Source: Candidatus Hydrogenedentota bacterium (lineage in GTDB: Bacteria; Hydrogenedentota; Hydrogenedentia; Hydrogenedentales; SLHB01). Taken from it: a DNA stretch of 64,000 nt. A model generated the notes under the pieces. The model worked only from the letters and a program-made list of their open reading frames with translations, did no database searches and was not told where the DNA came from. The stretch is from positions 128,001 to 192,000 of the forward strand of contig CAXXTH010000019.1 of the NCBI GenBank assembly GCA_963668025.2, in the 5' to 3' direction. A program made the translations under genes and the position numbers. This document shows positions 43,313 to 53,692 of the stretch, in pieces. The stretch's first letter is position 1. The number at the start of each line of letters is the position of its first letter.

Positions 43313-43855
43313 TCAGTCGTATTTGACCAGTTCGTACGGCAGGTTCAAGGGTTCCCCGTTCAGGAGCGCCGTTATCGCCGCCCACAGCGTATCGCCGGAA
43401 GGCGGGCACCCAGGGATAAAGTAGTCGATCTTCACCACCTCGTGGCACGGATACACCTTGTCCAGGAGGATGGGAATATCCGGGTCGTTCGGAATCATGC
43501 CGCCATTATAAATGGTCGGGCCATTCAGATACGCCTCTTCGAGGCATTCCTTCAATGGCGTCGTGTTGCGCATGGCGGGCACGCCGCCCGTAATGGCGCA
43601 CGCGCCCATGGCGATGAGAATGGTGCAGTTCTCGCGGAACATGCGCAAAAACTCGACGTTCTCGTCATTGCTCACGCCGCCTTCGATGATGCCGATGTCC
43701 ACCGGGCGCGAAAAACGCTTGATGTCGTTGATGGGCGATTTATCGAACTCGACAAGCTGCACCAAGTCAAGGATGCGCTCGTCGATATCGAGCAGCGACA
43801 TATGGCAGCCAAAACAGCCGGTGAAATGGCCGGTTGCAATAATGGGTTTTGCCAT
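43313..43855 (-). CDS. hoxY: Hydrogenase small subunit
   Basis: GCFGCHMS, GACA, PGCPP. Confidence 0.95.
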   Translation of the reverse strand: MAKPIIATGHFTGCFGCHMSLLDIDERILDLVQLVEFDKSPINDIKRFSRPVDIGIIEGGVSNDENVEFLRMFRENCTILIAMGACAITGGVPAMRNTTPLKECLEEAYLNGPTIYNGGMIPNDPDIPILLDKVYPCHEVVKIDYFIPGCPPSGDTLWAAITALLNGEPLNLPYELVKYD

Positions 43856-43873
43856 GACGGTTTCCTTTCCTTA

Positions 43874-44584
43874 TTACACTTGTTTGTGTTCGATTTCAGA
43901 GCCGATGGGAGCAAAATCGTATTTGCGCTTGCCCACGGGAACGCGGAAGCCTTCCCGTTTCACCACGATAGCGCCCGTCGGGCAAAGCGCGGCGGCGCGG
44001 TCGGTCTGGGCGAGCGCCGTATCGCCAAGGCCGTCGCTGCTGTCCACGGCCACGCGCTTATCCACGCCGCGCCCCTCGAATCCAAATACGTTTTTACCGT
44101 CGCAAAGCGCGGAGGCCCGCACGCAGCGCCCGCAGAGAATGCAGCGGTCGCGATCTAGATACACGTCCTTATGCGTCGCATCCAGTTCGCGCTTGCGGCG
44201 CAGGTAGGGTAGTGTCATGGCCATGAGGCCCAGGCGGTAGGCCATGGCTTGAAGCTCACAATTGCCGCTCGTTTCACACGCGGGGCAATAATGGTTGCCC
44301 TCGACAAACATCATTTCGACAAGGGCCCGCCGGTGCGCGTTGAGCTCTTCCGTATTGGTTTCGATGACGAGGCCATCGGCGACAGGGAAGGTGCAGGCGC
44401 TCTGCGGGCGGCCATTGATGCGCACCGTGCATAAGCGGCAATGGCCCACGCTGGGAAGGTCCGGATGGTAGCAAAGCCTCGGGATGTAGATGCCCGCCGC
44501 GTCCGCCGCCTCCATGACCGTTTGGCCCATTTTGGCTTGGACTTCAGCGCCATCCATGATTAATGTGACGGTTGCTTCGCTCAT
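43874..44584 (-). CDS. hoxU: Diaphorase small subunit
   Basis: IPRLC...CRLC; HYCPAC...CELQ; CILCGRCVRA. Confidence 0.95.
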   Translation of the reverse strand: MSEATVTLIMDGAEVQAKMGQTVMEAADAAGIYIPRLCYHPDLPSVGHCRLCTVRINGRPQSACTFPVADGLVIETNTEELNAHRRALVEMMFVEGNHYCPACETSGNCELQAMAYRLGLMAMTLPYLRRKRELDATHKDVYLDRDRCILCGRCVRASALCDGKNVFGFEGRGVDKRVAVDSSDGLGDTALAQTDRAAALCPTGAIVVKREGFRVPVGKRKYDFAPIGSEIEHKQV

Positions 44585-46359
44585 ATGTGGTGCTCCTCCA
44601 GCTCAGGTTTCCGGCCCGTGATGGCGCAGCCTTCTTGCATCGCCTTGGACAAATCGAAGGACGGGATGAAGTCATCCGGTTTGATCCGCGCCATATACAG
44701 CTCTCGAAAATTCTTCAGCGTCGTCAACACCGGATTCGCCGCCGTCTGGCCCAGGCCGCAGCGGCTCGTGACCTTGATGCTGTTTCCCAGCTCCTCGAGG
44801 CGCTTCAAATCGGAAGCCGTTCCATGGCCATCCAGGATTTTATTGAGCAATTCGAGCAGCAGCGTCGTGCCCACGCGGCACGGCGCGCACCAGCCGCAAG
44901 ATTCCTCGACGAAAAATTCGACTTTCTGCCTCATACAATCCAGCAGGTCGCGTTTCGGGCCAAAAATAATGATGGAACCGCCGGTTGGAAGGTCTTCGAA
45001 AGAAATGCCCTTGCCGAAGTCTTTTGGATGAAGGCATTGGCCCGAGGGGCCGCCCACTTGCGCCGCCTGGGCGTCGCCGCCGCCCACAATGCCTAGCAGG
45101 GTCTCGATGGATACGCCATACGGTAATTCATATATGCCCGGGCGCTCGCAATCGCCTGAAACACTCAGCACCTTGGTGCCGGTCGAATCCCGCGTGCCGA
45201 TCTTCGAGAACCACTCCGCGCCTTTCTCCATGATCCGGGCGGCGCAGCACAGCGTCTCGACATTATTTACCGAACTGGGTTCGCCCAGATAGCCTTTCTG
45301 CACCGGGAAGGGCGGGCGGTCGCGCGGAGCGCCGCGCTTGCCCTCGAGCGATTCGATAAGGGCGGATTCCTCGCCGCAGATATACGCGCCAGCGCCCAGT
45401 TGAATGCGGATATCATAATCGAAGTTTTCGCAGCCGCAGATATGCGCGCCCAAAAGGCCCAGGCTCCGGCGGCGTTCGAGCACTTGCTCAAGCTGGGGCG
45501 CGAGAAACTCGTATTCCCCGCGCAAATACATGAGGCCTTGCTTCGCGCCGATGGCGTAGCCCGCCACCGTCATCCCTTCGAAAACCAGGTCCGCCTGCGT
45601 GCGCAGAATATCGCGGTCTTTAAACGTGCCCGGCTCGCCCTCGTCCGCGTTGCAGATGACATAATGGGCATTGCCTTTCGCCTTGCGGCAAAAGTCCCAT
45701 TTCATCGCTAGCGGGAAACCCGCGCCACCCCGCCCGCGCACGCGGGCCTTGTTCATCTCGCCAATCACTTCTTCGGGGGGCATGCAGAGGGCTTTGCGGA
45801 TAGCCTTGCCGCGCTCCATCGGGGCGAAAATCACCTCGCCCTGCTGGCGGATGTTCACATCCACCTCGGCTTGCGGCAGCGAAGCAGGCTCCTTGCCTGC
45901 TCGCAATGCCTCGACAATGGCCGGGACATCCGCCGCGCGAAGGTTCACGAGCGGCACGCCGTTCACGAGCGCGCTCGGGGCTTGGTCGCTCATGCCCATG
46001 CATGCGGTGTGCTCCAGCGAGAATGCGCCATCTACAGTGGTTTGGCCAAAGGCAATGCCGAGGGCTTGCTCGAACGCCTTCCCCACTGCATCCGCGCCCT
46101 TCATGCGTTCCACCACTGCATTACAAAGGCGGATAGCCGTGCGGCCTTTAGGTTCGCGGGGGAGAAAAGCGTAGAAACTGACCATATCGCGCACTTCAAC
46201 GCGATGGATGCCGAGGGCTTCGGCAATTTCGCCGATGGCATCCTCCGTGATGCACCCCAGTTGGGCATGCACCGCACGCGCGATATCCATGAGCCGCGTG
46301 CGCTCCTTGCCGAATTGCTCGACAATCCTTCCGACGGTTTCCAACTGCGCCATAGCCAT
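44581..46359 (-). CDS. hoxF: Diaphorase large subunit (NuoE-like plus NuoF-like)
   Basis: GRGGAGFP, CNADEGEPG, GAGAYICGEESAL, ESCGWCAPCRVG. Confidence 0.95.
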   Translation of the reverse strand: MAMAQLETVGRIVEQFGKERTRLMDIARAVHAQLGCITEDAIGEIAEALGIHRVEVRDMVSFYAFLPREPKGRTAIRLCNAVVERMKGADAVGKAFEQALGIAFGQTTVDGAFSLEHTACMGMSDQAPSALVNGVPLVNLRAADVPAIVEALRAGKEPASLPQAEVDVNIRQQGEVIFAPMERGKAIRKALCMPPEEVIGEMNKARVRGRGGAGFPLAMKWDFCRKAKGNAHYVICNADEGEPGTFKDRDILRTQADLVFEGMTVAGYAIGAKQGLMYLRGEYEFLAPQLEQVLERRRSLGLLGAHICGCENFDYDIRIQLGAGAYICGEESALIESLEGKRGAPRDRPPFPVQKGYLGEPSSVNNVETLCCAARIMEKGAEWFSKIGTRDSTGTKVLSVSGDCERPGIYELPYGVSIETLLGIVGGGDAQAAQVGGPSGQCLHPKDFGKGISFEDLPTGGSIIIFGPKRDLLDCMRQKVEFFVEESCGWCAPCRVGTTLLLELLNKILDGHGTASDLKRLEELGNSIKVTSRCGLGQTAANPVLTTLKNFRELYMARIKPDDFIPSFDLSKAMQEGCAITGRKPELEEHHI

Positions 46360-46479
46360 TCGATATACCTCCACCATTGAAAGCGGTTTTTTCCCGCCTA
46401 CGGTTTCCCTGAGGACTTAACGGCATATGCACCCAAGACGCCTTGGCTGAACGGGTATGTGAACTTCCTTACCCGCTAT

Positions 46480-46497
46480 TCGTGAACGCTATCACAA
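46480..46497. promoter_or_regulatory. Candidate Rex or CRP/FNR-type operator upstream of hoxF
   Basis: TCGTGAACGCTATCACAA versus Rex consensus TTGTGAA-N4-TTCACAA. Confidence 0.5.
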
Positions 46498-46930
46498 TTT
46501 TTGCTCCAAATTCAACCAAATTTCCCGTCTATCGCATTATTAACCATACAAAAACTCCCCCACCCACATCAACAGGAATCCAAAACCGCCGGACAAGCAT
46601 CACCGTAATCTAAATTTCTTTATCTATTACTATAGCAATTCTATTGAATTGCCAGCCCCAGGCGCACCTGGGTAAAATAGCAGTAAAATCTGTCCGCTCG
46701 GATGCACTCTATTCATGCGCGCGGAAAAGGCGCTGTTAAGGCAGACTGCGGATAACATCCCCGCAAAAAGCGTGTATGACCATTCTACTTTTGGATACTA
46801 TAAAACAATAACGCGAATGAAGTAGGATAGTTGGATACAGTTGGCTGGCTACATATTAACCAGCAGGCATCTCCGTGAGTATGAGAATCGCCGCTCCATG
46901 AATGAAGGCAATCAGGGGAAAATACGATTC

Positions 46931-49477
46931 ATGAGCGAAACGAAACAAAACGGCAAGGAACTCGAAAAACAACGTATTGCGGACGAAGCGGCGCCCGGGA
47001 TTATGCCCGCCAGCCAGCCAGGCTCGCCCAATGACGCAGGCCATGCGCAAGCACGCCAGGCGGAGCAACGCGCCGCCCATATGAAACAAACACTTCTGGC
47101 CATCCGTGGCATCAAGCAGCTAATGATCACCGAGACCGAGCCGATGCGCCTTATCGAGCGCGCATGTGCGAATTTGACTAGGACGCTTGGATTCCATCAT
47201 GCCTGGATTGCTCTGATGCCAGAACCAGGCCAGCATATAATGATAACTGCTTCTTCAGGCTTTAATGGCGAATTTGAAGCAATGCGCGAAAACCTCGAAC
47301 GCGGCGAATACGCGCCGTGTATTAGGCGGATTCTCGATCAAGAAGAATTCATCATCGTAAACGACCCGCCGAATGAATGCCCGGATTGCCCCCTGGCAAC
47401 ACAATATGCAAGCCACGCCAAGTTTTCCCACCGCTTATCTTTCCAGGGCCACATATATGGCATTCTTTCTGTATCCATCCCCCGCGCGTATGCGGGCGAC
47501 AGCGAAGAGCAGAACCTCTTTCGTGAAATCGCTGGTGATCTGGGATTCGCCTTGCGGAAAATGGAGGATGCGGAAACCCTCCGGCGGAGTGAAGAAAAAT
47601 TCGAGAAAGCATTCCAAAACGCCCCCCATGCGATAACCATCACGCGAGCGGAAGATGGAAAATTCGTGGATGTAAACCCAGCGTTTTCCACTATATTCGG
47701 ATACTCACGGGAAGAAGCTCTTGCCAATTCCACCGTGGGGCTAAACATATGGGCCGCCCAGCATGAACGAAACCAGGTAATTGCCCTGCTTCTGGCGGGC
47801 GGCGTTATTACAGGCCATGAAACGCATTTCCGAGGTAAGAATGGCGAAGAAATCGTGGGCGTATTATCCGCCCAAGTCATTACCCTCCATAATGAGCCTT
47901 GCCTTCTTTCCAGCATAGGTGACATCACCCGCCGCAAGCAGGTCGAAGAGGCGCTGCACGAAAGCGAGGAGCGGTTCCGTGCGCTGATCATGCAATCAGG
48001 GGACTGCTTGATATTGCATGATCTGCAAGGCGAAATCCTGGATGTGAATCCTTGCACATGCCAAACATATGGCTACGCCCGCGACGAACTGCTCGGCATG
48101 AGGGTTGGCCTCCTTGCGCCAGACTCCACCCGGCAAGAAGACAACGGGAGCGAATGGGAGCAACTTCGCCCCGGCGTCCCCTGCGTTTCCGAAACGGGCC
48201 AGAAGAGAAAAGATGGCGTGGAATTCCCCGTGGAAATCCGGCTTTCCCTCATCGAGCTGCATGGGCAACAGCTCGTGATGCGGCTATGCCGCGACATATC
48301 AGAACGCAAACAAGCCGAAAAAGAAAAAGCACGCCTCGAAGATCAATACCGCCAAGCCCAAAAAATGGAAGCGATTGGACAGTTGACCGGCGGCGTGGCC
48401 CATGATTTCAATAATCTGTTGCAAGTGATTGGCGGCGCGACGGATTTGGCTTTAGAGGATCTAGAGCAAGAGCACCCCGTCCGCGAGCAGCTCGAACAAG
48501 TCGAAAAAGCCTGCCAGCGCGCGGCCCGCCTAGTGTCGCAATTGCTGGCCTTTAGCCGGCGCCAAATCATGCGGCCTGAAACATTGCTCCTAAATGACAC
48601 CGTCGCGGACTTGCTCAAAATGCTGGGCCGTGTCATCGGCGAGCATATTCAACTGCAATGGCTTCCCAGCCCGCAGGCGGGAGCCATTCATGCCGACCGC
48701 GGCATGATCGAGCAAGTGCTCATGAATTTATGTGTCAACGCCCGGGACGCCATGCCGGATGGCGGCACACTCACGATCGAGACCCACGATGCGCTGGTTG
48801 ACGAAGATTTTAGGGTGCTTCACTCCTGGGCTAAGCCCGGGCGGTATGCCCTGCTGGGCATATCGGACACGGGCTGCGGGATGGATAAAGAAACCCTCGG
48901 CCATATTTTTGAGCCGTTTTTCACCACCAAAGAAAAAGGCAAGGGCACCGGCCTGGGCCTTTCCATGGTGTATGGCATCATCAAGCAGCATGAAGGCATG
49001 ATCCATGCCTACAGCGAACCCGGCAGAGGTTCTACATTCAAGCTCTATTGGCCGCAACATGAATCCCGCTCCCAAGCGCCAGAAGCGCCGGTAAATGCCG
49101 TGGCCTCCAATGGAACAGAAACCATCTTGCTGGCCGAAGATGATGAAATGGTGCGCAAACTCGCAAAAACAATCCTCGAACGTTCGGGATACACCGTGTT
49201 ATCCGCGGCGAATGGAGCCGAAGCCTTGGCGCTGTATGAACAGTATGCCCATATAATCGATTTGGCCGTGCTTGATGTGGTCATGCCCGAAATGGGCGGG
49301 CGCGAGGCCTACGAATGCATGCGTGTCGTCAATCCGGAATTGAAAGCGCTTTTCGCCAGCGGGTATAGTGAAAACGCCATCCATACCAATTTTATTCTGG
49401 ACAAAGAGCTGACACTTATCCAAAAACCGTTCACGACCGACACCCTGCTTCGCGCTATACGGTTCTTGCTAGACTAA
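46931..49477 (+). CDS. GAF-PAS-PAS hybrid histidine kinase with receiver domain (start uncertain)
   Basis: AHDFNNLL H-box, [24 protein letters not shown]...DVVMP. Confidence 0.93.
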   Translation: MSETKQNGKELEKQRIADEAAPGIMPASQPGSPNDAGHAQARQAEQRAAHMKQTLLAIRGIKQLMITETEPMRLIERACANLTRTLGFHHAWIALMPEPGQHIMITASSGFNGEFEAMRENLERGEYAPCIRRILDQEEFIIVNDPPNECPDCPLATQYASHAKFSHRLSFQGHIYGILSVSIPRAYAGDSEEQNLFREIAGDLGFALRKMEDAETLRRSEEKFEKAFQNAPHAITITRAEDGKFVDVNPAFSTIFGYSREEALANSTVGLNIWAAQHERNQVIALLLAGGVITGHETHFRGKNGEEIVGVLSAQVITLHNEPCLLSSIGDITRRKQVEEALHESEERFRALIMQSGDCLILHDLQGEILDVNPCTCQTYGYARDELLGMRVGLLAPDSTRQEDNGSEWEQLRPGVPCVSETGQKRKDGVEFPVEIRLSLIELHGQQLVMRLCRDISERKQAEKEKARLEDQYRQAQKMEAIGQLTGGVAHDFNNLLQVIGGATDLALEDLEQEHPVREQLEQVEKACQRAARLVSQLLAFSRRQIMRPETLLLNDTVADLLKMLGRVIGEHIQLQWLPSPQAGAIHADRGMIEQVLMNLCVNARDAMPDGGTLTIETHDALVDEDFRVLHSWAKPGRYALLGISDTGCGMDKETLGHIFEPFFTTKEKGKGTGLGLSMVYGIIKQHEGMIHAYSEPGRGSTFKLYWPQHESRSQAPEAPVNAVASNGTETILLAEDDEMVRKLAKTILERSGYTVLSAANGAEALALYEQYAHIIDLAVLDVVMPEMGGREAYECMRVVNPELKALFASGYSENAIHTNFILDKELTLIQKPFTTDTLLRAIRFLLD

Positions 49478-49624
49478 CCGGTGAGGCTGGCATATACCGA
49501 ATCCAGCCCTGTACTACATAACAGCCAACTTTTTCTTGCGAAAATTTTCCATGTAAACCAAAGCATATCAATTTGTTACGTATAGCAATCCTTGCCGGAT
49601 ATTTCAATGGGATCCTCCCTGCTC

Positions 49625-49642
49625 GGTGGGGCAAGCCCCACC
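49625..49642. repeat. REP-like hairpin (same family at 61963-62020)
   Basis: GGTGGGGCAAGCCCCACC. Confidence 0.6.
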
Positions 49643-49761
49643 GCTGGAGTTTCTACCTTTTTTGGGCGAGGTGGACACGCTTTTTCTCTTGCCATCGCAC
49701 AGCTTATCGTCTTTGTCGTAGCTTCCCTTTCGCCGAATAGGCCGGTCATTGAAAATATATA

Positions 49762-49790
49762 TTGACATACCGACTCGTTTGCGCTACAAT
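49762..49790 (+). promoter_or_regulatory. Near-consensus sigma70 promoter of the element
   Basis: TTGACA-N17-TACAAT, then RBS AGGAGG and ATG at 49819. Confidence 0.8.
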
Positions 49791-49848
49791 CTTGTTGGCT
49801 AGGCAGGAGGGCGGCGCCATGAATGACGAATTGCGTGACACGATCCTA

Positions 49849-51016
49849 GTGTATTGATTTATAATTAAGGCAACTTATTTGGTTTGAGAGGTATTCATCT
49901 TGTAGCGGAGGATGAATACGATGAAAGTCGCATGTGAAATCGTGTTGGACGAACAGGAACGTTCTACGCTCGAAAAGTGGTCGAAAGGCCGTATGACGCC
50001 GGTACGCGTGGTACTGCGCGCAAAGATTGTGCTGTTGGCGGCTTCGGGCATGGAGAACAAAGGCATTGCGGCAGCGCTTGGTATCGGACGCGATACGGTG
50101 GGACAGTGGCGGCGCCGGTTCTCTGAGTGCCGTTTGGCGGGGATCGTTAAGGACGCTCCCCGCGGCGGTCGCAAGCCCACGCGTCGGGAAGAGGTGACCC
50201 GGCTCATCGTAGAGCGCACAACGCAGGCCAAGCCTGCAAACGCCACTCATTGGAGTACCCGGACGCTGGGCAAGGAGTTGGGGGTGAGTCCGTCGATGGT
50301 TCAGCGTGTGTGGCAGGCCAATGGGTTGAAGCCGCACCGCGTCAAGACCTTCAAGGTGAGCAATGACAAGCAATTCGTGGAGAAGATGCAAGACATTGTT
50401 GGCCTGTATCTCAACCCCCCTGAACATGCGCTGGTGTTGTGCGCAGACGAGAAGAGCCAGATTCAGGCCCTGGACCGGACCCAACCCGGATTGCCCATCA
50501 AGAAAGGGCGCTGCGGCACGATGACCCATGATTACAAGCGCAACGGCACGACGACCCTTTTTGCCGCGCTCGAACTGGCCGAAGGCCGTCTCATCGGCTC
50601 GTGCATGCAACGGCATCGCCATCAGGAATGGATCACGTTTCTTAAGCAGATTGATGCGGAAACGCCTGAGGGACTCCATCTGCACCTGATTGTCGATAAT
50701 TACGCCACGCACAAACATCCCAAGGTCACCGCTTGGCTTAAGCGGCATCCCCGGTTCCATATCCATTTCACGCCGACGAGCAGTTCGTGGCTCAACCTGG
50801 TGGAACGCTGGTTCCGAGAGATCACAGACAAGCGCATTCGGCGCGGCGTCTTCAAATCCGTCAAGGACCTCGTTCAAGCGATCATGGACTACATTCAACA
50901 GCATAACGCCGACCCCAAAACATTCGTCTGGCACGCAAAAGCCGAGGACATTCTTGCCAAAGTCCGCCGGGCAAGAGCACGGCTGGATAAGATGGCAACA
51001 GCATGAATCAATACAC
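49849..51016 (+). mobile_element. IS630-family element
   Basis: TIR GTGTATTGATT / AATCAATACAC; TA duplication at a CTAG site. Confidence 0.95.
49912..51006 (+). CDS. IS630 transposase
   Basis: [29 protein letters not shown]. Confidence 0.95.
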   Translation: MNTMKVACEIVLDEQERSTLEKWSKGRMTPVRVVLRAKIVLLAASGMENKGIAAALGIGRDTVGQWRRRFSECRLAGIVKDAPRGGRKPTRREEVTRLIVERTTQAKPANATHWSTRTLGKELGVSPSMVQRVWQANGLKPHRVKTFKVSNDKQFVEKMQDIVGLYLNPPEHALVLCADEKSQIQALDRTQPGLPIKKGRCGTMTHDYKRNGTTTLFAALELAEGRLIGSCMQRHRHQEWITFLKQIDAETPEGLHLHLIVDNYATHKHPKVTAWLKRHPRFHIHFTPTSSSWLNLVERWFREITDKRIRRGVFKSVKDLVQAIMDYIQQHNADPKTFVWHAKAEDILAKVRRARARLDKMATA

Positions 51017-51320
51017 TAGAGGCTATGGAAAAAGGGCTTGAGGCGCAGCTTCGGGCGGTGCGCCGTCTGCGTAGGGGGGAAGAATCCAGGGAGGAGCCAC
51101 GACCCAGAACAAGTATGTCGCAAGTAGATATGGCATATGACATACTCTTGAGGGCCGCTCATCCCCTTCATGTCAATGAGATCCTGAGTCGCATTCATGC
51201 GGTCTTCGGCATTACGGTGGACCGGGAAAGCCTGGTGTCTTCCCTCACCAAAAAGGTGGCTCGGGAAGACCGCTTTGTCCGCGCGGACAAGAACACCTTC
51301 GGACTCAAAGGAGGCAAGCG

Positions 51321-52700
51321 ATGAGTCTTTTACACGAATGGCTCAACGTTACCGAGCGCTGGCGCGATGCTTTTGCCCAAGAGCGCACCACCGTGCGTGC
51401 GGTGCGGCAGGGACTTGGGTCACTGGTCTGTTTGGGGCGGCGCACAATCACGCGGACCCTTTGGGCCTGTGGTCGCGAGAATCTGCCGTGGCAGGCTGAA
51501 TACCACATGTACGGCCGCGCCAAGTGGGACCCCCAGCAGCTCTTCGACCCTATTTGGGAAGGAGCCCTGCCCCAGTGTGAAGACCCGCTTGTAGGCGTCG
51601 CCGTCGATGATACCAAGCTGCACAAGACCGGCCGGTGCATTGTCCAGGCTTTTCATCAGCGCGACCCCCTGTCCCCGCCGTTCCACACCAATCTCATTCT
51701 GGGCCTGCGTTTCCTGCAGGCCTCCCTTCTCGTACCGCTTCACCAAGGCGGCGCCTTTAGTTGCCGCGCCTTGCCCGTGCGTTTCGAGGAGCCTTCCCCC
51801 GCCAAGAAGCCTGGCAAGCGCGCAAGCGAGGAGGAGTGGATGGCGTACAAGCAGCGCCGTAAAGAGAAGAACCTTTCAACCCATTGCGTGGCGATGATGG
51901 ACTCCTTGCGCGCATCCCTCGACGCCGTCGGCGCCAGGGAGAAAACCTTGGTCATGGCCCTCGACGGCAGCTTTTGCAACCAGACCGTCTTCGACGCTGA
52001 ACGCGACCGCACCCACCTCATCGCCCGTGCCCGCAAGGACGCAGTCCTATGCTTTGGCGCTCCAGAGGGTTCGCGGCGTTTCTATGCCCAAGAAAAATTC
52101 ACCCCCGAGCAAGTACGCCAGGACGATAGCATCCCCTGGAAGACTACGAAGCTATTCTACGGCGGCAAACGCCGCAAGGTCCGCTACAAGGAAATCAAGA
52201 CCCTCTACTGGCAAGGCGGCGCGCGCCGTCTTCCCCTCCGCCTTTTCGCTATCGCTTCCACCCCCTACCGCAAGCGGAAAAGCAGTAAGCTTTATTACCG
52301 GCAACCAGCCTACCTTCTTTGTACCGACAGGGTTCACGCCGCACAGAGGCTGCTCCAGATCTACTTCGACCGCTGGCAGATTGAAGTCAACCATCGCGAG
52401 GAAAAGGACACCTTGGGCGTCGGACAAGCTCAGCTCTGGAACCCCAATGCCGTACCCAAGCAGCCCCCGCTTGCCGTCGCCGCCTACAGCGCATTGCTAC
52501 TGGCCGCCATAAAAACCTTTGGCCCCGAACGAAATAGTGCATACGCCCCGCTGCCACGGTGGCGAAAACACGCCACACGCCCATCGTGCCTCGCTCTCAT
52601 CACTCTATTGAGAAAAGAGATGGACGAACAGCCCCATTTGCTCCGTCCACTCGGCATAGAAACCTCCAGAGCAACAATGGCAAGCGCCGCGGCTGCTTAA
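51321..52700 (+). CDS. DDE transposase (IS701/IS4-like)
   Basis: AVDDTKLHKTG, LDGSF, YFDRWQIEVNHREEK; ATGA overlap with the wHTH gene. Confidence 0.88.
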   Translation: MSLLHEWLNVTERWRDAFAQERTTVRAVRQGLGSLVCLGRRTITRTLWACGRENLPWQAEYHMYGRAKWDPQQLFDPIWEGALPQCEDPLVGVAVDDTKLHKTGRCIVQAFHQRDPLSPPFHTNLILGLRFLQASLLVPLHQGGAFSCRALPVRFEEPSPAKKPGKRASEEEWMAYKQRRKEKNLSTHCVAMMDSLRASLDAVGAREKTLVMALDGSFCNQTVFDAERDRTHLIARARKDAVLCFGAPEGSRRFYAQEKFTPEQVRQDDSIPWKTTKLFYGGKRRKVRYKEIKTLYWQGGARRLPLRLFAIASTPYRKRKSSKLYYRQPAYLLCTDRVHAAQRLLQIYFDRWQIEVNHREEKDTLGVGQAQLWNPNAVPKQPPLAVAAYSALLLAAIKTFGPERNSAYAPLPRWRKHATRPSCLALITLLRKEMDEQPHLLRPLGIETSRATMASAAAA

Positions 52701-52740
52701 TAATGGAGAAACTCCAGGCATGGGCGTCCCGCCCATGCCA

Positions 52741-53517
52741 GTGCGACTGCGAGTGTACGCTGTCCGAGAGGTGTGAGTCCTCTTCAGGCATGCACGCTCC
52801 GGCCTGTAGCCGACTGTAACTGCGTCGCCGCGAGGCGGGGTGGAGAGCAACGGAAGGCGAACGGCCAGTCCGTAGGATACGAACTCGATTCGGCCTGATG
52901 TTCCGGCGAGCCTGCTGGCAAATGGCGAAGCCTAGAAATAACCGGTCACGCTAAGGGGTCGTGTGCAAAAGCGATGGCGGGGGAACATGGGGTGGTTGGA
53001 GACGGAATGGCCAGGAAGGCAGAGTACATGAAGCAGTGAGAGCCGCTTAGGGTAAGCAGGCAGAAATGCCACTGAGCGGCAGTCAGAGCCGCCATAGTAG
53101 CGAGGAAACGCCGTAATGGGCGTGGAGCGAAGGGCGGTAGGAAGGTGGATGGGTGAGTACGGAATGCGAGGAAATACAACCGTCACCAGTGAACCGCGCA
53201 AGCAGTTCTAAACATGCCGGAGATAACCGCCCCTACTGGAAGCGAGCGGTCCTTGCGTCTGGACGGAACCCATGTTGGCGGCCCTGAAACAAGGGGTGAA
53301 AGGAAGGCGATGGTTCAGCTTGATGGATAAGCAGACCATCAATACTGAGCTAATGCTTACTTTGGCGGCCATAGGTCTTTTCAGCTTACAAAAGCCTATG
53401 AAACCGCTCGCCAATCCTCCAAGAGGTAAGACCACCAACTGGAGAGCCGTATGCGGGAGATCTGCACGTACGGTTCGGAGGGAGGGGAGACCGGCCAACG
53501 GTCTTCCCTACCCCTAT
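52741..53517 (+). ncRNA. Group II intron ribozyme with deleted intron-encoded protein
   Basis: 5' GTGCG; DIII CAGTCAGAGCC..ATAGTAGCG...GGAGCGAAGGG; DV GAGAGCCGTATGCGGGAGATCTGCACGTACGGTTC (AGC triad); DVI ending CCCTACCCCTAT; only IEP termini remain. Confidence 0.92.
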
Positions 53518-53543
53518 CGACACTCGATTGCCCTGATCTGCCA

Positions 53544-53580
53544 TTCACCGGTGCTGCGGCGTGCCGTACCATTGGCTGCC
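53544..53580. repeat. 37-bp direct repeat of 55437-55473 (3' end of the GT gene)
   Basis: TTCACCGGTGCTGCGGCGTGCCGTACCATTGGCTGCC exact; ~10 more bp degenerate. Confidence 0.95.
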
Positions 53581-53692
53581 GCATGGCCGATCTATTTGTT
53601 TTTTGTATGGACAAAATAGTTGCTTTATGGTATAGCTTATATGGAGCAGTTAAGTTTAATATTACGTACTTAACAAGCAAGGAGTAATTGTC

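Larger units (their letters stand above)
49819..51324 (+). pseudogene. Winged-helix protein gene split by IS630
   Basis: Removing IS630 restores MNDELRDTILEAMEKGLEAQ...PLHVNEILSRI...KNTFGL. Confidence 0.8.
49644..52717 (+). mobile_element. Two-gene IS701/IS4-like element (wHTH gene plus DDE transposase) carrying a nested IS630
   Basis: 11-bp TIR CTGGAGTTTCT / AGAAACTCCAG; internal promoter; no TSD. Confidence 0.75.

Noticed and set aside
53272-53619. 115-aa ORF as a real protein or a retron/DGR reverse transcriptase
   Set aside because: Chimera of intron IEP remnants running through DV/DVI; no RT motifs
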